Source of the DNA: a virus
Lineage: Duplodnaviria; Heunggongvirae; Uroviricota; Caudoviricetes
DNA length: 64,000 nt
Direction: 5' to 3' (one strand)
Virus record (IMG/VR): IMGVR_UViG_3300018080_000113
Span: 97 to 64,096 of that record
Position 1 is the stretch's first letter. Each line of letters begins with the position of its first letter. The notes below the pieces were generated by a model, which was given only the letters and a program-made list of their open reading frames with translations, made no database searches and was not told where the DNA came from. Made by a program: the position numbers and the translations under genes. Of this stretch, positions 10,409 through 21,183 are shown in pieces.

Positions 10409-11854
10409 CTAGAACAGTGCAATAACTTTAAGGATTGCGGCATTTGACCAAACTTCAAATGTGTTTTCATCAACATGTACAATATTTACTTCTATTGCTG
10501 GTGATACGTATTGCCCATAGTAGTCTTCTTCTGTAGGACTAAGGTCAAGAACTTGAACAAGAGGATATATTCCTCTGTTATGTGTAACTACAATTGCAGT
10601 TTGTTCCCTTACTGTCTCGCTTAGTGCAGACCTATCGTAATCATCTTCCCAGCGAGTAACAGTACCGCCAGAAATAATGCTATAAACAGCAGTATCTAAT
10701 GCGCTGATAGCTGTTTCAAGGTTAGTGCTCTGTGTAATATAATTAACAGATGTATAAGTAGGCATCTCTGAGCCGCTAGTATAATCTGTCATTCCTGTGT
10801 ATCTTGCTAGATTAGTAAAGTATGCACCCGCGCCAAGGTCAATAAGAAGATCTACCCCATGTGGATTGGATGACGTTGGAGTTGCAGAACCAACGTAGTT
10901 TACATGCGTGCTAAGGTCTGCTACGCCAGAAGTAACTGGGTCTGTAGCATCTGTAACATAGTTGGCAGTTCCTCTTGTTCTAGCAATCTCCCAACGAATT
11001 CTAAGAATCTCATTGTACAATGTACTATAAGGAGTAGTTCTTGCTTGTGACAAGGTCTGTGTGGGCATTGGACTGATATCAGTATAAGCAAATGGAGGAG
11101 AACTTCCTCCAATGCCAGAATGGCTAATACCAGTAGGATCTGTTTGCCATCCACCTGAGACATTATGAAGCTTTAAAAGCTCATCAATGTTTTTTGCAAC
11201 ACTATGAGAAAGAGGGGCACCAAACGTCCAAGGACCAAATCCTTCAGACACTCCGTATATATCATCAGCAAGCTGATTAATATTTGATTCAATCTGACTA
11301 GTTCGTGCATCCAAAGAAGAAGAAGCACTAGTCAAAGAAGCGTCTTCATATCTATTGCCTATGGCGTACCAGAGGGCCGTGTCACTGAATGCACCAGCAG
11401 TCGCAGCTGTTGTAGTGTCAATGTCAGAGATGGCTGTCCAGACGTCTTCTAGGGCTTCTGCAATTGTCTTTGGTCTTTCGTCAGTTGTATCCCAATATCT
11501 TCCATATGCATTAACTGATGTTGCATCATTAAAGACAAATAACGTTGTTCCTTGAACGCCATATTTTAAGGCATCAATTTTTTCTGGCAAACCAATACCT
11601 GGACGCCATCTTTGATCTCTTGAACCAGCAGGAAGAGAATCTATGATTGGACGAATATGTGTCCTCCACAATCTCCACTGTTGATTAATATTTGTAGAGA
11701 TAGAATCAATAGAAGTACTAAGTTCAACAGCACTAAGCTGGCCTCGTTTGGCAGCTCTATATGTATAAAGTGTGCCTCCGCTTTGATCTATAGAATCAGA
11801 AGCTTTTAATGTGTTGTCTAGGGTTGATACCCATGACCAATTCCACTGTGACAT
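10409..11854 (-). CDS. Virion structural protein (481 aa), possibly a fibre adaptor
   Basis: Long ORF with SD in the tail operon; contains fibre-like YITQSTNLETAISALD helical knots. Confidence 0.5.
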   Translation of the reverse strand: MSQWNWSWVSTLDNTLKASDSIDQSGGTLYTYRAAKRGQLSAVELSTSIDSISTNINQQWRLWRTHIRPIIDSLPAGSRDQRWRPGIGLPEKIDALKYGVQGTTLFVFNDATSVNAYGRYWDTTDERPKTIAEALEDVWTAISDIDTTTAATAGAFSDTALWYAIGNRYEDASLTSASSSLDARTSQIESNINQLADDIYGVSEGFGPWTFGAPLSHSVAKNIDELLKLHNVSGGWQTDPTGISHSGIGGSSPPFAYTDISPMPTQTLSQARTTPYSTLYNEILRIRWEIARTRGTANYVTDATDPVTSGVADLSTHVNYVGSATPTSSNPHGVDLLIDLGAGAYFTNLARYTGMTDYTSGSEMPTYTSVNYITQSTNLETAISALDTAVYSIISGGTVTRWEDDYDRSALSETVREQTAIVVTHNRGIYPLVQVLDLSPTEEDYYGQYVSPAIEVNIVHVDENTFEVWSNAAILKVIALF

Positions 11855-11881
11855 CTACAACCTCCAAGTCATATTTTATCA

Positions 11882-14056
11882 TTAAAGACCAAGCTTTATT
11901 CGGTACGAATTTAAAGCTGGAGTTACAGAGGTGCTCTCTGATAAAAGCACTGTTTTCAGTTTAACATACTTGTACATTTCGCTTCCTGATTGTCCTGCTC
12001 TCCATTTTGTAATGAACAGTTCATTGGTGAAGTCAGAATCACTAGGATCATAACGCAAAACAATAGACAACGTCGCAGCTTGGTCATTTTTACCAATTCC
12101 TCTTATTGCAAAGTGGCCATATCCATTTATGTTATTTTCAAGATTAAACAAACTAGTTCGGGTACCATAAAACTCAGCAGAAAAATCAGTACCAGTATAT
12201 GTTTGATTTCCTTTAAAACCAGACGGATATGGAAAGCCATCAATTATAAGTTTATGATTGTACGGATACAAAGGATCAATATCCTGAAGAGTTTCTTCAG
12301 TGCTCACAGCACCAGAAGAGCCAACAGCCTCAATATAGTTTTCAGCAATATCAAACCAGTTAGTTGCATCGGTTTCAAACTTGTGTATTCCAGCAGGAAC
12401 TTTTACAACACCAGTTACAAACTGTCCGTCAATAGCACACTGTTTTCCACCAAAGTCAAATAGCTTACCGTCTGATGAGAGAATCTCAAAATAACAAGAA
12501 TATGTTTGTTCTTTTCTTCCCCAGCCTCTTGCAACGCCTCGAACAGAGAGAGTGTCAGGATAGCTAGTTTTGTTTCTGATGTTTCTCCAAACTGCAACAC
12601 TATTTGAAATAGTATCTTGATCTTCATCAGCGCTAACTAATATAGAAGTATTAATAGCAGCAAATGTTGTATTTTTAAAACGGTACTGCAAGATGTCTCT
12701 TTCGCTACCTAACGCACCAGTTTCAGTATCAAAAGTAGTAACAAGTACATTGTTGTCAAAAGAACTGTTAAGCAACCCGTGAGCATCTTCATCTTCTATT
12801 GTATTGTTCTTCCAGCTTGCACCAGCAAAGCTCAATACTTTCGGATACTTAACTTCGTCTCTTTGAGATGGAAGAATATTTGTCCATGATGTCCATGTAG
12901 AGTTGTCTTTAGATACAGACATATAATATTCAATATCAGTATTGTCTGGAATGTTTTCACAAACATCTAGCTGAACTAGATTAAACCCAACAAGATTTTC
13001 TTGTACATTAGTTGCAGATAAAGCTTTGCTTTCAAACACATTTCCTGCATCTGCGTAATATGTAACTTCAGACAGTCTGATATGACGAAGTGAAAAATCA
13101 TATTCATATTGACCGCTATCTGGAGCAGCTTTATAAAAGATGAACTTAATCCATCTCATTTCTGTTAAAGGAAACGTCCACAGCATATTAGAAGCAAGAA
13201 CCTTTGTTGCTTCGTTTGTAGGCAGAATGTACCAACTATATCCATCTTTAGAATGCATGGCAGTTACTGTTGCCCTGTCAGATACGGGACCTGTATAGTC
13301 AAATGCGATGCGCGAAACCTCAATATCTTTATCTTTACTTACATGTGCTTTAAGTTCGCAGGTCATAGTGCCAGACACACTTGAGGTTACTTTTCCAACC
13401 CATGTAGTGTCAGCAGTTTTAAATGCTTGAACTAAATTATTGTTACTGCTTACATCATAAACAGATGTGCCAGGTCTCTTTGTTAAGGCAGCAAACGAGA
13501 CATCTAAGTCAGTAAGATCATTTGTGTTAATACGTTTAATGGTTCCTGCTTCGGCAGTGCCAGGATTGAGAGTAACAGATTGTTCATCAACGTTAACATA
13601 GGCAGTAGTATTGTCTGTATTGACAAGATTCATATCGGTAAACACATCTGCTACAGAAGAAAAATATCCAGTAGTATAATTTGCCAACAATAAAAGAGAG
13701 TCGACTTCTTGGTTTAGCTTTTGTGCTTTGGCAGCTAAACGTTTATTTTCAAAAGACCATCTTTCATAGAACTTACTTGTCTTGCCAACTAGACTGTATA
13801 TTTCACGCACAACAACACTGACATCACTTGAAACAGTGTCTGCAATGTTTTGCATTTGGTCTGCACTAGAGTTGTCACCACGTTCAACGCTAAAGTCTAC
13901 AAATTTAGATTTTGGCAAAGACAGATCAGAGTGTGTCTCTTGATATGTTTCAAAGTCACTTTCAATCTGTTCTGCATTTGGGACTGTTCCTTCTTTAAGA
14001 TACTCAAGAAGAATATTTTCAAGAATAAATTCTTTATATGTTGTCTTTAGGGACAT
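11882..14056 (-). CDS. Baseplate/tail structural protein (724 aa), paralog 1 of a triad
   Basis: Helical N-terminus followed by beta-sandwich-like regions; architecture resembles the 14057 and 17797 genes. Confidence 0.55.
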   Translation of the reverse strand: MSLKTTYKEFILENILLEYLKEGTVPNAEQIESDFETYQETHSDLSLPKSKFVDFSVERGDNSSADQMQNIADTVSSDVSVVVREIYSLVGKTSKFYERWSFENKRLAAKAQKLNQEVDSLLLLANYTTGYFSSVADVFTDMNLVNTDNTTAYVNVDEQSVTLNPGTAEAGTIKRINTNDLTDLDVSFAALTKRPGTSVYDVSSNNNLVQAFKTADTTWVGKVTSSVSGTMTCELKAHVSKDKDIEVSRIAFDYTGPVSDRATVTAMHSKDGYSWYILPTNEATKVLASNMLWTFPLTEMRWIKFIFYKAAPDSGQYEYDFSLRHIRLSEVTYYADAGNVFESKALSATNVQENLVGFNLVQLDVCENIPDNTDIEYYMSVSKDNSTWTSWTNILPSQRDEVKYPKVLSFAGASWKNNTIEDEDAHGLLNSSFDNNVLVTTFDTETGALGSERDILQYRFKNTTFAAINTSILVSADEDQDTISNSVAVWRNIRNKTSYPDTLSVRGVARGWGRKEQTYSCYFEILSSDGKLFDFGGKQCAIDGQFVTGVVKVPAGIHKFETDATNWFDIAENYIEAVGSSGAVSTEETLQDIDPLYPYNHKLIIDGFPYPSGFKGNQTYTGTDFSAEFYGTRTSLFNLENNINGYGHFAIRGIGKNDQAATLSIVLRYDPSDSDFTNELFITKWRAGQSGSEMYKYVKLKTVLLSESTSVTPALNSYRIKLGL

Positions 14057-17000
14057 TTATAGCTCCTCTAGAAGGTTAGCAGTAACAGACCTAAAGGCAA
14101 GGTCTTTGCAAATTGGAGAGAAATAAGGCTCAAGATCTTCAAGAGACTCAGAGGATGTTTCGTAGTATTCATAAAATACTTTAAGAATTTGAGGACGAGA
14201 CTTTGATGCTGTATCTTGCTTTAAGAATCTAAGACCAAACGTAGAAGTAAAGGTAATGGTTTTAGACTCTTCGTTAATATCTTCAATTTCACCCAATGAA
14301 ACTTGTTCAGCTATGTTATAAAAAGCACTGTATGCAGAAACCTCAAATTCGACCTTGCCATCTGCTGGCATAGGAGAAGCAAAATGCATAATGCCATTGT
14401 TATAATCAACAGAATATACACCACTTGTATCAATTCCTGGGTCTGAATTATTTATACGATAAGACACAGTATAGTCTTCTGATGGAGCAGTAGCAAAATA
14501 GACACTTACAAGACCAGCTGAATCTACGCTCCATTCTCCATTAGACTGAAGCGTTGTACTAGAAGGAAGAGGAGCTAAATCAAACTGACTAACTGGTGCT
14601 GAAGCACTATTAGTATCGCGAACAGGAGCAAATACTGGAGACCCAATAAGAGTTTTGTTAGTTGTAGCGTCCACCTTGCTAAGTTGATATGTGTAAACAA
14701 ATCCAGAAGAAAGAGTAAAAGATGTTAGTTCGTCTTTAATCTCTACGTTGTTAGCAAATTCATTTTCACCATCAACAAACTTAACTTCAATTGGTTTTGC
14801 ATTGCTTGGAAACAATGTAACACTTGGAGTAACAGTACCACGAACAATAGAAGTGTTTGTCCAGTCATGATAATTTTCGTTACTAGTTATTAAATTTATC
14901 TTGCGCGTATTAGGAGCAGAACCATCGTACGTAAACTCTTCTTTGCGCTTCATAGTAAACACAACACGTGGATCAAGTACAATCTTTTGTGTGTTTGCTT
15001 TGCCAGTAACTAAGTTGCGGTCAAAGCGCCAAAACATTGGGTCTAGTATTTTTACATTACGTTTTTTGCACACAAGGACAGTGCGTCTGTCTGCAGCAGG
15101 AGGAGAGCCAAAATACACAGCTCCTGAGTAATGATCAAACGTATAACGAGATTCAACTTTTGCCCAGCTACTAAGTGGATCTCTAAGTTCTGTATCGCCA
15201 TCAACAAAAACAACCTTATTAGTAAACTGTTTGTTTACTGTGGCAATAACATTACCATCAAGATCATATTCTACAACGTCAAAATGATCTAGGCCATTAT
15301 CACTATCAACATATACAGGAGGGAACATTCCTTCATGTGACTCAACAAAGAAAGAACCACTATAGCCTATTAGGTCCTGGTTCTCGTGGTCAAGCTCAGT
15401 GTCCATTCCTAGTGCAATAGAAGCTATATCGTCAGTGTTCTTTGCCATGTATTCAAGAGCCTTTTTGCTTGGCTTCGAATGAGAGAGACCACTTACGCTC
15501 GTAAGAGGAAGTTTGCCTTGGTTAGGAAGCTCACCAGTGCTGTTTGTTGTAGAGTTAGTATTACCAACAATGGCTTCTTGTTCGCCAGGTGAAACTTTTA
15601 CAGCTGCTCTTATCGCAGCAAGCTCTTCGCTAGTAAGATCTTTCATCTTTACGGCAGAAACATCTGGACCTGATTTATATTTTTCTGCTCCAGGAGGTAT
15701 TTCAATTTCATATGGAGCTGCTTCATTGTCACTGACGTTGGTAATAGCAAGGATACTCATAGATTCTTTTTGGCCATCAGATGGAGCTGTTAGATTAAGG
15801 ATGTATCCTCTATCAGTTAAACGCAAGAAAGGATTGTCGCCGTCTAAACTAACTTGTACTTTTGAGCCACCAGAAGGTATATATCCATACTGAACTCCTG
15901 TAGAAATATCATTGTGACCAAACTGTAATTCAGTACCTTTCTTATTTAAGAAATATATTTTACTGTCTGAATTAACAGTGTCATATGAAGTAGGACTTTG
16001 GTTGGTAGCAAAGGCAGAAGAGGACTTAGGCGAATACTCAATCTGTTCTCCATTTATAAAGACACGTATTTTTTCTTCAAGGTTTGGAATATTTCTGAAC
16101 GGAAGCTTAAATCTAATAGAACCTTCTCTTGCATCATCTGACTCTCGAACTCTTTCTCCAGGCTGATCTACGGTAAACTCAACAAAGTCTAAGTCCATAA
16201 GAGTTGACTGGCCTCTAACAGAAGGGCCTAATCTTGGACGGGGACAACTAAAACTACCCATGAACGGAAGAAGAACATTTAAAGATTTTTTAATTGGACG
16301 TTCGGTTAATGATACGTCAGCCTGGCCACCAGCAGGAACATTAACAATATCCATTTTCTTTAGACGTTCTTGTTTAACTGTCACATTTCCTTTGAAAGCA
16401 TCAGGGTCTCTTTTCATTGAAACCTTATGGCGCAACGTAGTAACAGCTTCTTCAGTTTGAATAGAATTGTCTGAAATATTATTAAAATTAATTACCTCTA
16501 AGATATCTGTGCCAGTTCTTTGTTGTGGTTGGATTGGCAACCAACTAGCACCGTCGTTATAAGAGATAAAATGTTTTAGGTCTGACAGTGTAGATTCTTC
16601 TATTGGGTTCTCAGATGCCCATAAAGAAACTTTACGAATTTCATCATTAGCAGCAAATGGAGTAGATACTAAAGCACCTTCTGTTAAGAATTTTCTACCC
16701 AAGATATTAATATCGCGAAGCCCGATAGAATATCGTAACCTTGGACCGTTGTTGGTATCGATAGTATATGGAGTGTGCTGCTCAAAAACAATATGAACGT
16801 ACTGTACTTTACGAGGCAAGAAAGAATAGAAACCTTGACCTGAAAACTTTGATGTAGCAGGAGACAGCTCAAATTCTTCTTTCTCTTCTTCAGATACGAA
16901 GTCGCGCAAAGGAACTTCATCTTTAATAGAAGAGTAGTCTGCTCCGTCTTTAGAAGTCTCAATCTTAGTAACTTTTATAGGAGTAGGAGTTCCAAAGTTA

Positions 17001-17788
17001 ATTGGGTTAATATTAATATGGTTAACAACAGCCACTTCTTCTAGTGTAATAGTAATGTCAAATATCAAAGGAGTGCTAGATTCACTAGTTGTAACCTTCT
17101 CGTATTCAAACCATGTGTTAGGTTCGTTGTCACTGACTACCTCTATATCTTCGTGCCCAAACACATCTAATTGGTGATTGCTTCCTGGTTCGCCATTGCT
17201 AGGACTATTAATAACAATAGAAGCAACACTTGGAACGACTGGAGAGCCATCAAGAGGTAGAAGAACGACTCCTTCATCTGAACTAACATAACATTCGTCT
17301 GTGTCAACTAGATCAGAGCCAATTTCTACCCTATCTGTTGTGTTGAAACTGTCACCAAAGAAGTATCCTGCACCAAGAGAAGGGTCGGCATAAAGCAAAT
17401 AGTCGCCTAACTTATTAGAAATCTTTTTACTAGTATCTATTGTTTGCTTGTGTTCTGAAGCAATAGAGTTGTAAGAAGCGGCAATCATTCTATCTAATGC
17501 TGCAATCTCAGAAAAGATAGCCTCTGCGTCTTTGCGAAGTGCAGTTGTAAAAACATTATATGTTGTTGGGTCTGCTGGTGCTCCAGCGTATATTTTCATC
17601 ACTGCACTAAGAATAGAGCCATCAAGAGACTCATAAAACATATTCAGCGCTTCATGAAAAGAAGATACAATATCAGACTCAAGTACCATATTGCCAGAAT
17701 GATATAGCTCATTAACTGACTCAAGCAAGACTTCAAGTCTAGCTCTTGCTACATCGCTTGGAGGAACTGTAAGATGCTTGTTGGCCAT
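14057..17788 (-). CDS. Large baseplate/tail structural protein (1243 aa), paralog 2 of the triad
   Basis: Same N-terminal layout; contains several YxVDxxxGxxxF hairpin modules; abuts the next gene (TAAATG). Confidence 0.55.
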   Translation of the reverse strand: MANKHLTVPPSDVARARLEVLLESVNELYHSGNMVLESDIVSSFHEALNMFYESLDGSILSAVMKIYAGAPADPTTYNVFTTALRKDAEAIFSEIAALDRMIAASYNSIASEHKQTIDTSKKISNKLGDYLLYADPSLGAGYFFGDSFNTTDRVEIGSDLVDTDECYVSSDEGVVLLPLDGSPVVPSVASIVINSPSNGEPGSNHQLDVFGHEDIEVVSDNEPNTWFEYEKVTTSESSTPLIFDITITLEEVAVVNHININPINFGTPTPIKVTKIETSKDGADYSSIKDEVPLRDFVSEEEKEEFELSPATSKFSGQGFYSFLPRKVQYVHIVFEQHTPYTIDTNNGPRLRYSIGLRDINILGRKFLTEGALVSTPFAANDEIRKVSLWASENPIEESTLSDLKHFISYNDGASWLPIQPQQRTGTDILEVINFNNISDNSIQTEEAVTTLRHKVSMKRDPDAFKGNVTVKQERLKKMDIVNVPAGGQADVSLTERPIKKSLNVLLPFMGSFSCPRPRLGPSVRGQSTLMDLDFVEFTVDQPGERVRESDDAREGSIRFKLPFRNIPNLEEKIRVFINGEQIEYSPKSSSAFATNQSPTSYDTVNSDSKIYFLNKKGTELQFGHNDISTGVQYGYIPSGGSKVQVSLDGDNPFLRLTDRGYILNLTAPSDGQKESMSILAITNVSDNEAAPYEIEIPPGAEKYKSGPDVSAVKMKDLTSEELAAIRAAVKVSPGEQEAIVGNTNSTTNSTGELPNQGKLPLTSVSGLSHSKPSKKALEYMAKNTDDIASIALGMDTELDHENQDLIGYSGSFFVESHEGMFPPVYVDSDNGLDHFDVVEYDLDGNVIATVNKQFTNKVVFVDGDTELRDPLSSWAKVESRYTFDHYSGAVYFGSPPAADRRTVLVCKKRNVKILDPMFWRFDRNLVTGKANTQKIVLDPRVVFTMKRKEEFTYDGSAPNTRKINLITSNENYHDWTNTSIVRGTVTPSVTLFPSNAKPIEVKFVDGENEFANNVEIKDELTSFTLSSGFVYTYQLSKVDATTNKTLIGSPVFAPVRDTNSASAPVSQFDLAPLPSSTTLQSNGEWSVDSAGLVSVYFATAPSEDYTVSYRINNSDPGIDTSGVYSVDYNNGIMHFASPMPADGKVEFEVSAYSAFYNIAEQVSLGEIEDINEESKTITFTSTFGLRFLKQDTASKSRPQILKVFYEYYETSSESLEDLEPYFSPICKDLAFRSVTANLLEEL

Positions 17789-17796
17789 TATATCTC

Positions 17797-19794
17797 CTAA
17801 TCGTAACTAGCAGCTAGAATTGCATACTCATAAAGCTCTGGAGTAGACACTTGAGATGCTTTGTTTCTACGTAAAGTTACCTGCAAGTATATATCAGATT
17901 CTATTGTAACATCTGGGTCTTCTTGCTTGAAGTGAACACGTCCATCTTTGTCAAGATATACAGTCTTATCTACATCTAGATACACAGTAGCTTGTTCATT
18001 TGTTCCGGCGTTATTAATATTATAGTCGCTTGTGCGGGGAGTGTAATCAACTGTATAGATTCCATCAGTAGATGGATTGTTTATCTTGATCCAGAACTTA
18101 AGAGGGTTTAGTGTGTACTGAGAGAAATCATTGCCAGCAGTTAGTACGTTCTGCCAGTTCAGGCTTTGGTTTACAAGAGGGAGTCTAGAGAATGCAAACT
18201 CCCAATGAGAACCTGCTGTCAAAAGCTCACCATTGCAATATACTTTAATAGGCACTTCTTGTGCAGGCAGCCCTGTGTAGTCATCAGGAATGTATGGACA
18301 GAATCTTAGTGCTCCAGTATCTTTGATTGTTGCAGTGTCGCTTGCTCTCTTGGTAAGTATTAGTCGCTCACTAACAACAGTGCTCTGGCCTATCTTTGGT
18401 ATAGAGAAACGTGTTTCTTTATACTTAGGAGATCTATCAATCTTAATAACTTCGTATTCAATTGTATTTCTTGTGACGCCTGTCTCTGCTTGTTCGTCAA
18501 CTTGAATGGCCATAGTGCCTATGTTGCTAACATGCAAAGGCTTAGAAACAAAAATACCAGAATCTTTATAGGTATCATTTCCAAACCAGACATTATCAAG
18601 AGCAAAAGTATACCGGAATGCATTAAGTTGTTTTGATATTGGATCAGGAACATTAGCTAGATCAGCAAGATTGTCAGACGCTAAAGCTTCCCTAGATATT
18701 AGTGATAAAAAATCTCTACGTTTCAACCTATTAAAGCGATTGCCTTCGTCAAGTAACTCATGAGTGTCTGTGTCTTTAGGAGTCCAGTAGTCTGCCTTGT
18801 GATATGTGTATACTGCAAATGTAACCTTAACTGACCTAACAAAAGAACGAGTAAAGTCTATGCGTATTTTGCCATCAACTTCTGTGCTGGCTGAAGATAA
18901 ATCAATACGATGATTACCTGGCGATATTCCTTCTATGCTCTCAATAAAGAATGGCTCCTGTGTGCCGCCCTCAACGACAATATAGTTAATATCTTTGCCA
19001 CGACCTAAATCAAACTCAAGAACAGTAGTAACCTTTGGTACTTTATCTTTTACATAAACATTCCTAAACCAAAAGGTTCCACGCTTTGCGTCAATAATAT
19101 TGGTAATAGGATTGTCTATATCAACACTAATTTCAGTTTCGTATGAGCTTTGGTCGTGATGAACAAGGACACCGACAGGATTAACAACTGGATCTACAGA
19201 GGTGTCTAGCATTAGCTTCTTGCCACGCTCAGATACTACAGCTGAAGGCAGCTCAATAGATGTTTTCTGTTCTTGTGTTCTGTTATCAAAATATAAAGAG
19301 TCAGCCCCAAGGTCACTACGAGGAACATGTAACAACGAAGAGGACGAAAAAGAGTTAACAAGAACTTGTGTAAAGTCGTTGTTTTGATTGGCCAGCCACT
19401 TTAATTTACGAATGTAATTGGATTGCTCGTCAAGATTTCTCTCAAGGTCAGCAATCATATTTTTCATTAATAGTTCATGGTGGTCGTCAAGCTTCTCGCC
19501 AATTTCATCTACTTGTAAGAATGCAGCCTCAAGGTCATTCTTAAAAGCTTGCATCATAGCATTGTGAGAATCAGACGAACACAGAGACCAGACCAATGCT
19601 CTTACTTGCTGGAAAGAAGGCTTAGGGACAGTGTTGTTAACAATCAAAGATAGCTCTTGAAGCTTATCCTTGTATTCTCCTGCATTTCTAACTGTACCTT
19701 TTACTTGAAGATCTTGGAGAAGTTCAGAAATTTGTCTAGCCTGTACAGCAGGCATGACCTTAAGAACACTGTTTAAATATTTGCTTGTCCCCAT
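17797..19794 (-). CDS. Baseplate/tail structural protein (665 aa), paralog 3 of the triad
   Basis: Helical N-terminus (SSDSHNAMMQAFKNDLEAAF) followed by a beta-rich region; SD present. Confidence 0.55.
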   Translation of the reverse strand: MGTSKYLNSVLKVMPAVQARQISELLQDLQVKGTVRNAGEYKDKLQELSLIVNNTVPKPSFQQVRALVWSLCSSDSHNAMMQAFKNDLEAAFLQVDEIGEKLDDHHELLMKNMIADLERNLDEQSNYIRKLKWLANQNNDFTQVLVNSFSSSSLLHVPRSDLGADSLYFDNRTQEQKTSIELPSAVVSERGKKLMLDTSVDPVVNPVGVLVHHDQSSYETEISVDIDNPITNIIDAKRGTFWFRNVYVKDKVPKVTTVLEFDLGRGKDINYIVVEGGTQEPFFIESIEGISPGNHRIDLSSASTEVDGKIRIDFTRSFVRSVKVTFAVYTYHKADYWTPKDTDTHELLDEGNRFNRLKRRDFLSLISREALASDNLADLANVPDPISKQLNAFRYTFALDNVWFGNDTYKDSGIFVSKPLHVSNIGTMAIQVDEQAETGVTRNTIEYEVIKIDRSPKYKETRFSIPKIGQSTVVSERLILTKRASDTATIKDTGALRFCPYIPDDYTGLPAQEVPIKVYCNGELLTAGSHWEFAFSRLPLVNQSLNWQNVLTAGNDFSQYTLNPLKFWIKINNPSTDGIYTVDYTPRTSDYNINNAGTNEQATVYLDVDKTVYLDKDGRVHFKQEDPDVTIESDIYLQVTLRRNKASQVSTPELYEYAILAASYD

Positions 19795-20239
19795 GAAAAG
19801 CTCCTCTCTCAGATATTAAGATACCTAATTGCCCATTGATCAATATGTACATAGTAACCCACAGGCCAACATGTTCTTGAGAGATAAGGATACCATTTTC
19901 TGATACGTTACTACAGAGATTTGCAATAATAGTCCTAATAGATTTGATCACAAAAACATTCTTGCCAATATGTTCTGGTTTAATCTCAGCTTGCATTACT
20001 CTGGCAATCCTAACAGAAGCATTATTGCCCATGTTGTCTAATGGCGCAATGTATCTATCGTATTGATGCCAATTGGTGTTTGGCATGTTCAAGACACAAC
20101 AATGTCTTCTCTCAAAGATCTGAACTGATTTTATATTATTTAGACAGCCCTGGCTCCAAGAAGATTTGCCTTTTGAGATATCTGCATCAGAACCACGTTC
20201 AGATGTTCCATCTTCAAAAAGTTTGAGCCAGGCTCCCAT
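19760..20239 (-). CDS. Hypothetical protein (159 aa)
   Basis: ORF co-oriented with the operon; no recognised motif. Confidence 0.6.
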   Translation of the reverse strand: MGAWLKLFEDGTSERGSDADISKGKSSWSQGCLNNIKSVQIFERRHCCVLNMPNTNWHQYDRYIAPLDNMGNNASVRIARVMQAEIKPEHIGKNVFVIKSIRTIIANLCSNVSENGILISQEHVGLWVTMYILINGQLGILISERGAFHGDKQIFKQCS

Positions 20240-20250
20240 AAAGAAAGGCC

Positions 20251-20568
20251 CTAAACAGTATCGCCAATGCCTGGCAAATCTGACATATCACACCTGACAG
20301 GAGTGTCGTTGTTTATGCCAGTCCATTCTACATAAGTATAATCTCCACTAACAGTTTCAAAAGTGTCAGCAGTAGAAATGATTTGTATGCCTGCTACTGT
20401 TCTGGCAGCGCCAGTTTCATGAAGATATGAAACAGAAAGACGACGACGGTATGTCTTTGCATTGACGCCAGTTGTTAGCGCGTTAGATGTCGCTTCCATA
20501 CTAATTGTATCAACACGAAGTGTGTCTTCGGCAGTATTTTTATATATGCGAATTACAGGTAGGGCCAT
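20251..20568 (-). CDS. Hypothetical protein (105 aa)
   Basis: ORF with SD (GGAG) upstream. Confidence 0.65.
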   Translation of the reverse strand: MALPVIRIYKNTAEDTLRVDTISMEATSNALTTGVNAKTYRRRLSVSYLHETGAARTVAGIQIISTADTFETVSGDYTYVEWTGINNDTPVRCDMSDLPGIGDTV

Positions 20569-20580
20569 TTAAATCGCTCC

Positions 20581-21063
20581 TTAGTCGATGATAATTTTGT
20601 CAAGAATTTCTAGCTGTTGAGCAGTAACATCATTTGGAATATCATCAATTTTGATAGTATGAAAATTAATCTCGATTTCTTCTTTTAGGAACTCTTTGAA
20701 AGTTTCATCCTGTTTCTTAATGGTGTCAAGTGCCTCTTTATATTTGGCGTGAAGCTCTGCTAGCTTCTCATTAAACGCAGGTCTGTTTTCTAGAATCTGA
20801 AATTCATTACCATTCACAACAGGCTGATCATCTTCATCTTTGTCAGCTAGTTCTTGACAAAGAGCAATGCGCTCTTTCTCAAATTCTTTAATTTCTTCGG
20901 GAACTTCTTTGTTCTTTTGAGCTTCTTCGATAGCTTCAATCTCTATCGTGACAATGCCTTTGTTCTTTGAAATGCCATAAGCACCTTTGGCAGTTGTTTT
21001 CATTTCTTTAAGACCATTTAGTACGCCCCAAATTTGAACTAGGTTTTCTCTTGTAAAATTCAT
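20581..21063 (-). CDS. Charged coiled-coil protein (160 aa), possibly a fibre-assembly chaperone
   Basis: E/K-rich helical sequence; AGGAG 7 nt before the ATG; sits among fibre genes. Confidence 0.5.
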   Translation of the reverse strand: MNFTRENLVQIWGVLNGLKEMKTTAKGAYGISKNKGIVTIEIEAIEEAQKNKEVPEEIKEFEKERIALCQELADKDEDDQPVVNGNEFQILENRPAFNEKLAELHAKYKEALDTIKKQDETFKEFLKEEIEINFHTIKIDDIPNDVTAQQLEILDKIIID

Positions 21064-21108
21064 TAGTTAACTCCTGTGCGGTTTTTGTTGTGTTATTCTT
21101 AATGTTAA

Positions 21109-21136
21109 ATATTACACACTCTTATGAAAAGTGCAA
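21109..21136 (-). promoter_or_regulatory. Candidate sigma70-like promoter TTGCAC-N16-TAATAT
   Basis: Lies in the largest AT-rich intergenic gap of the tail region (about 21064-21183), upstream of the 160-aa gene. A second TATAAT lies slightly further upstream. Confidence 0.4.
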
Positions 21137-21183
21137 GTATCTATTAAATTATATAACCCAAACTAATTCTAGCATATATATTG

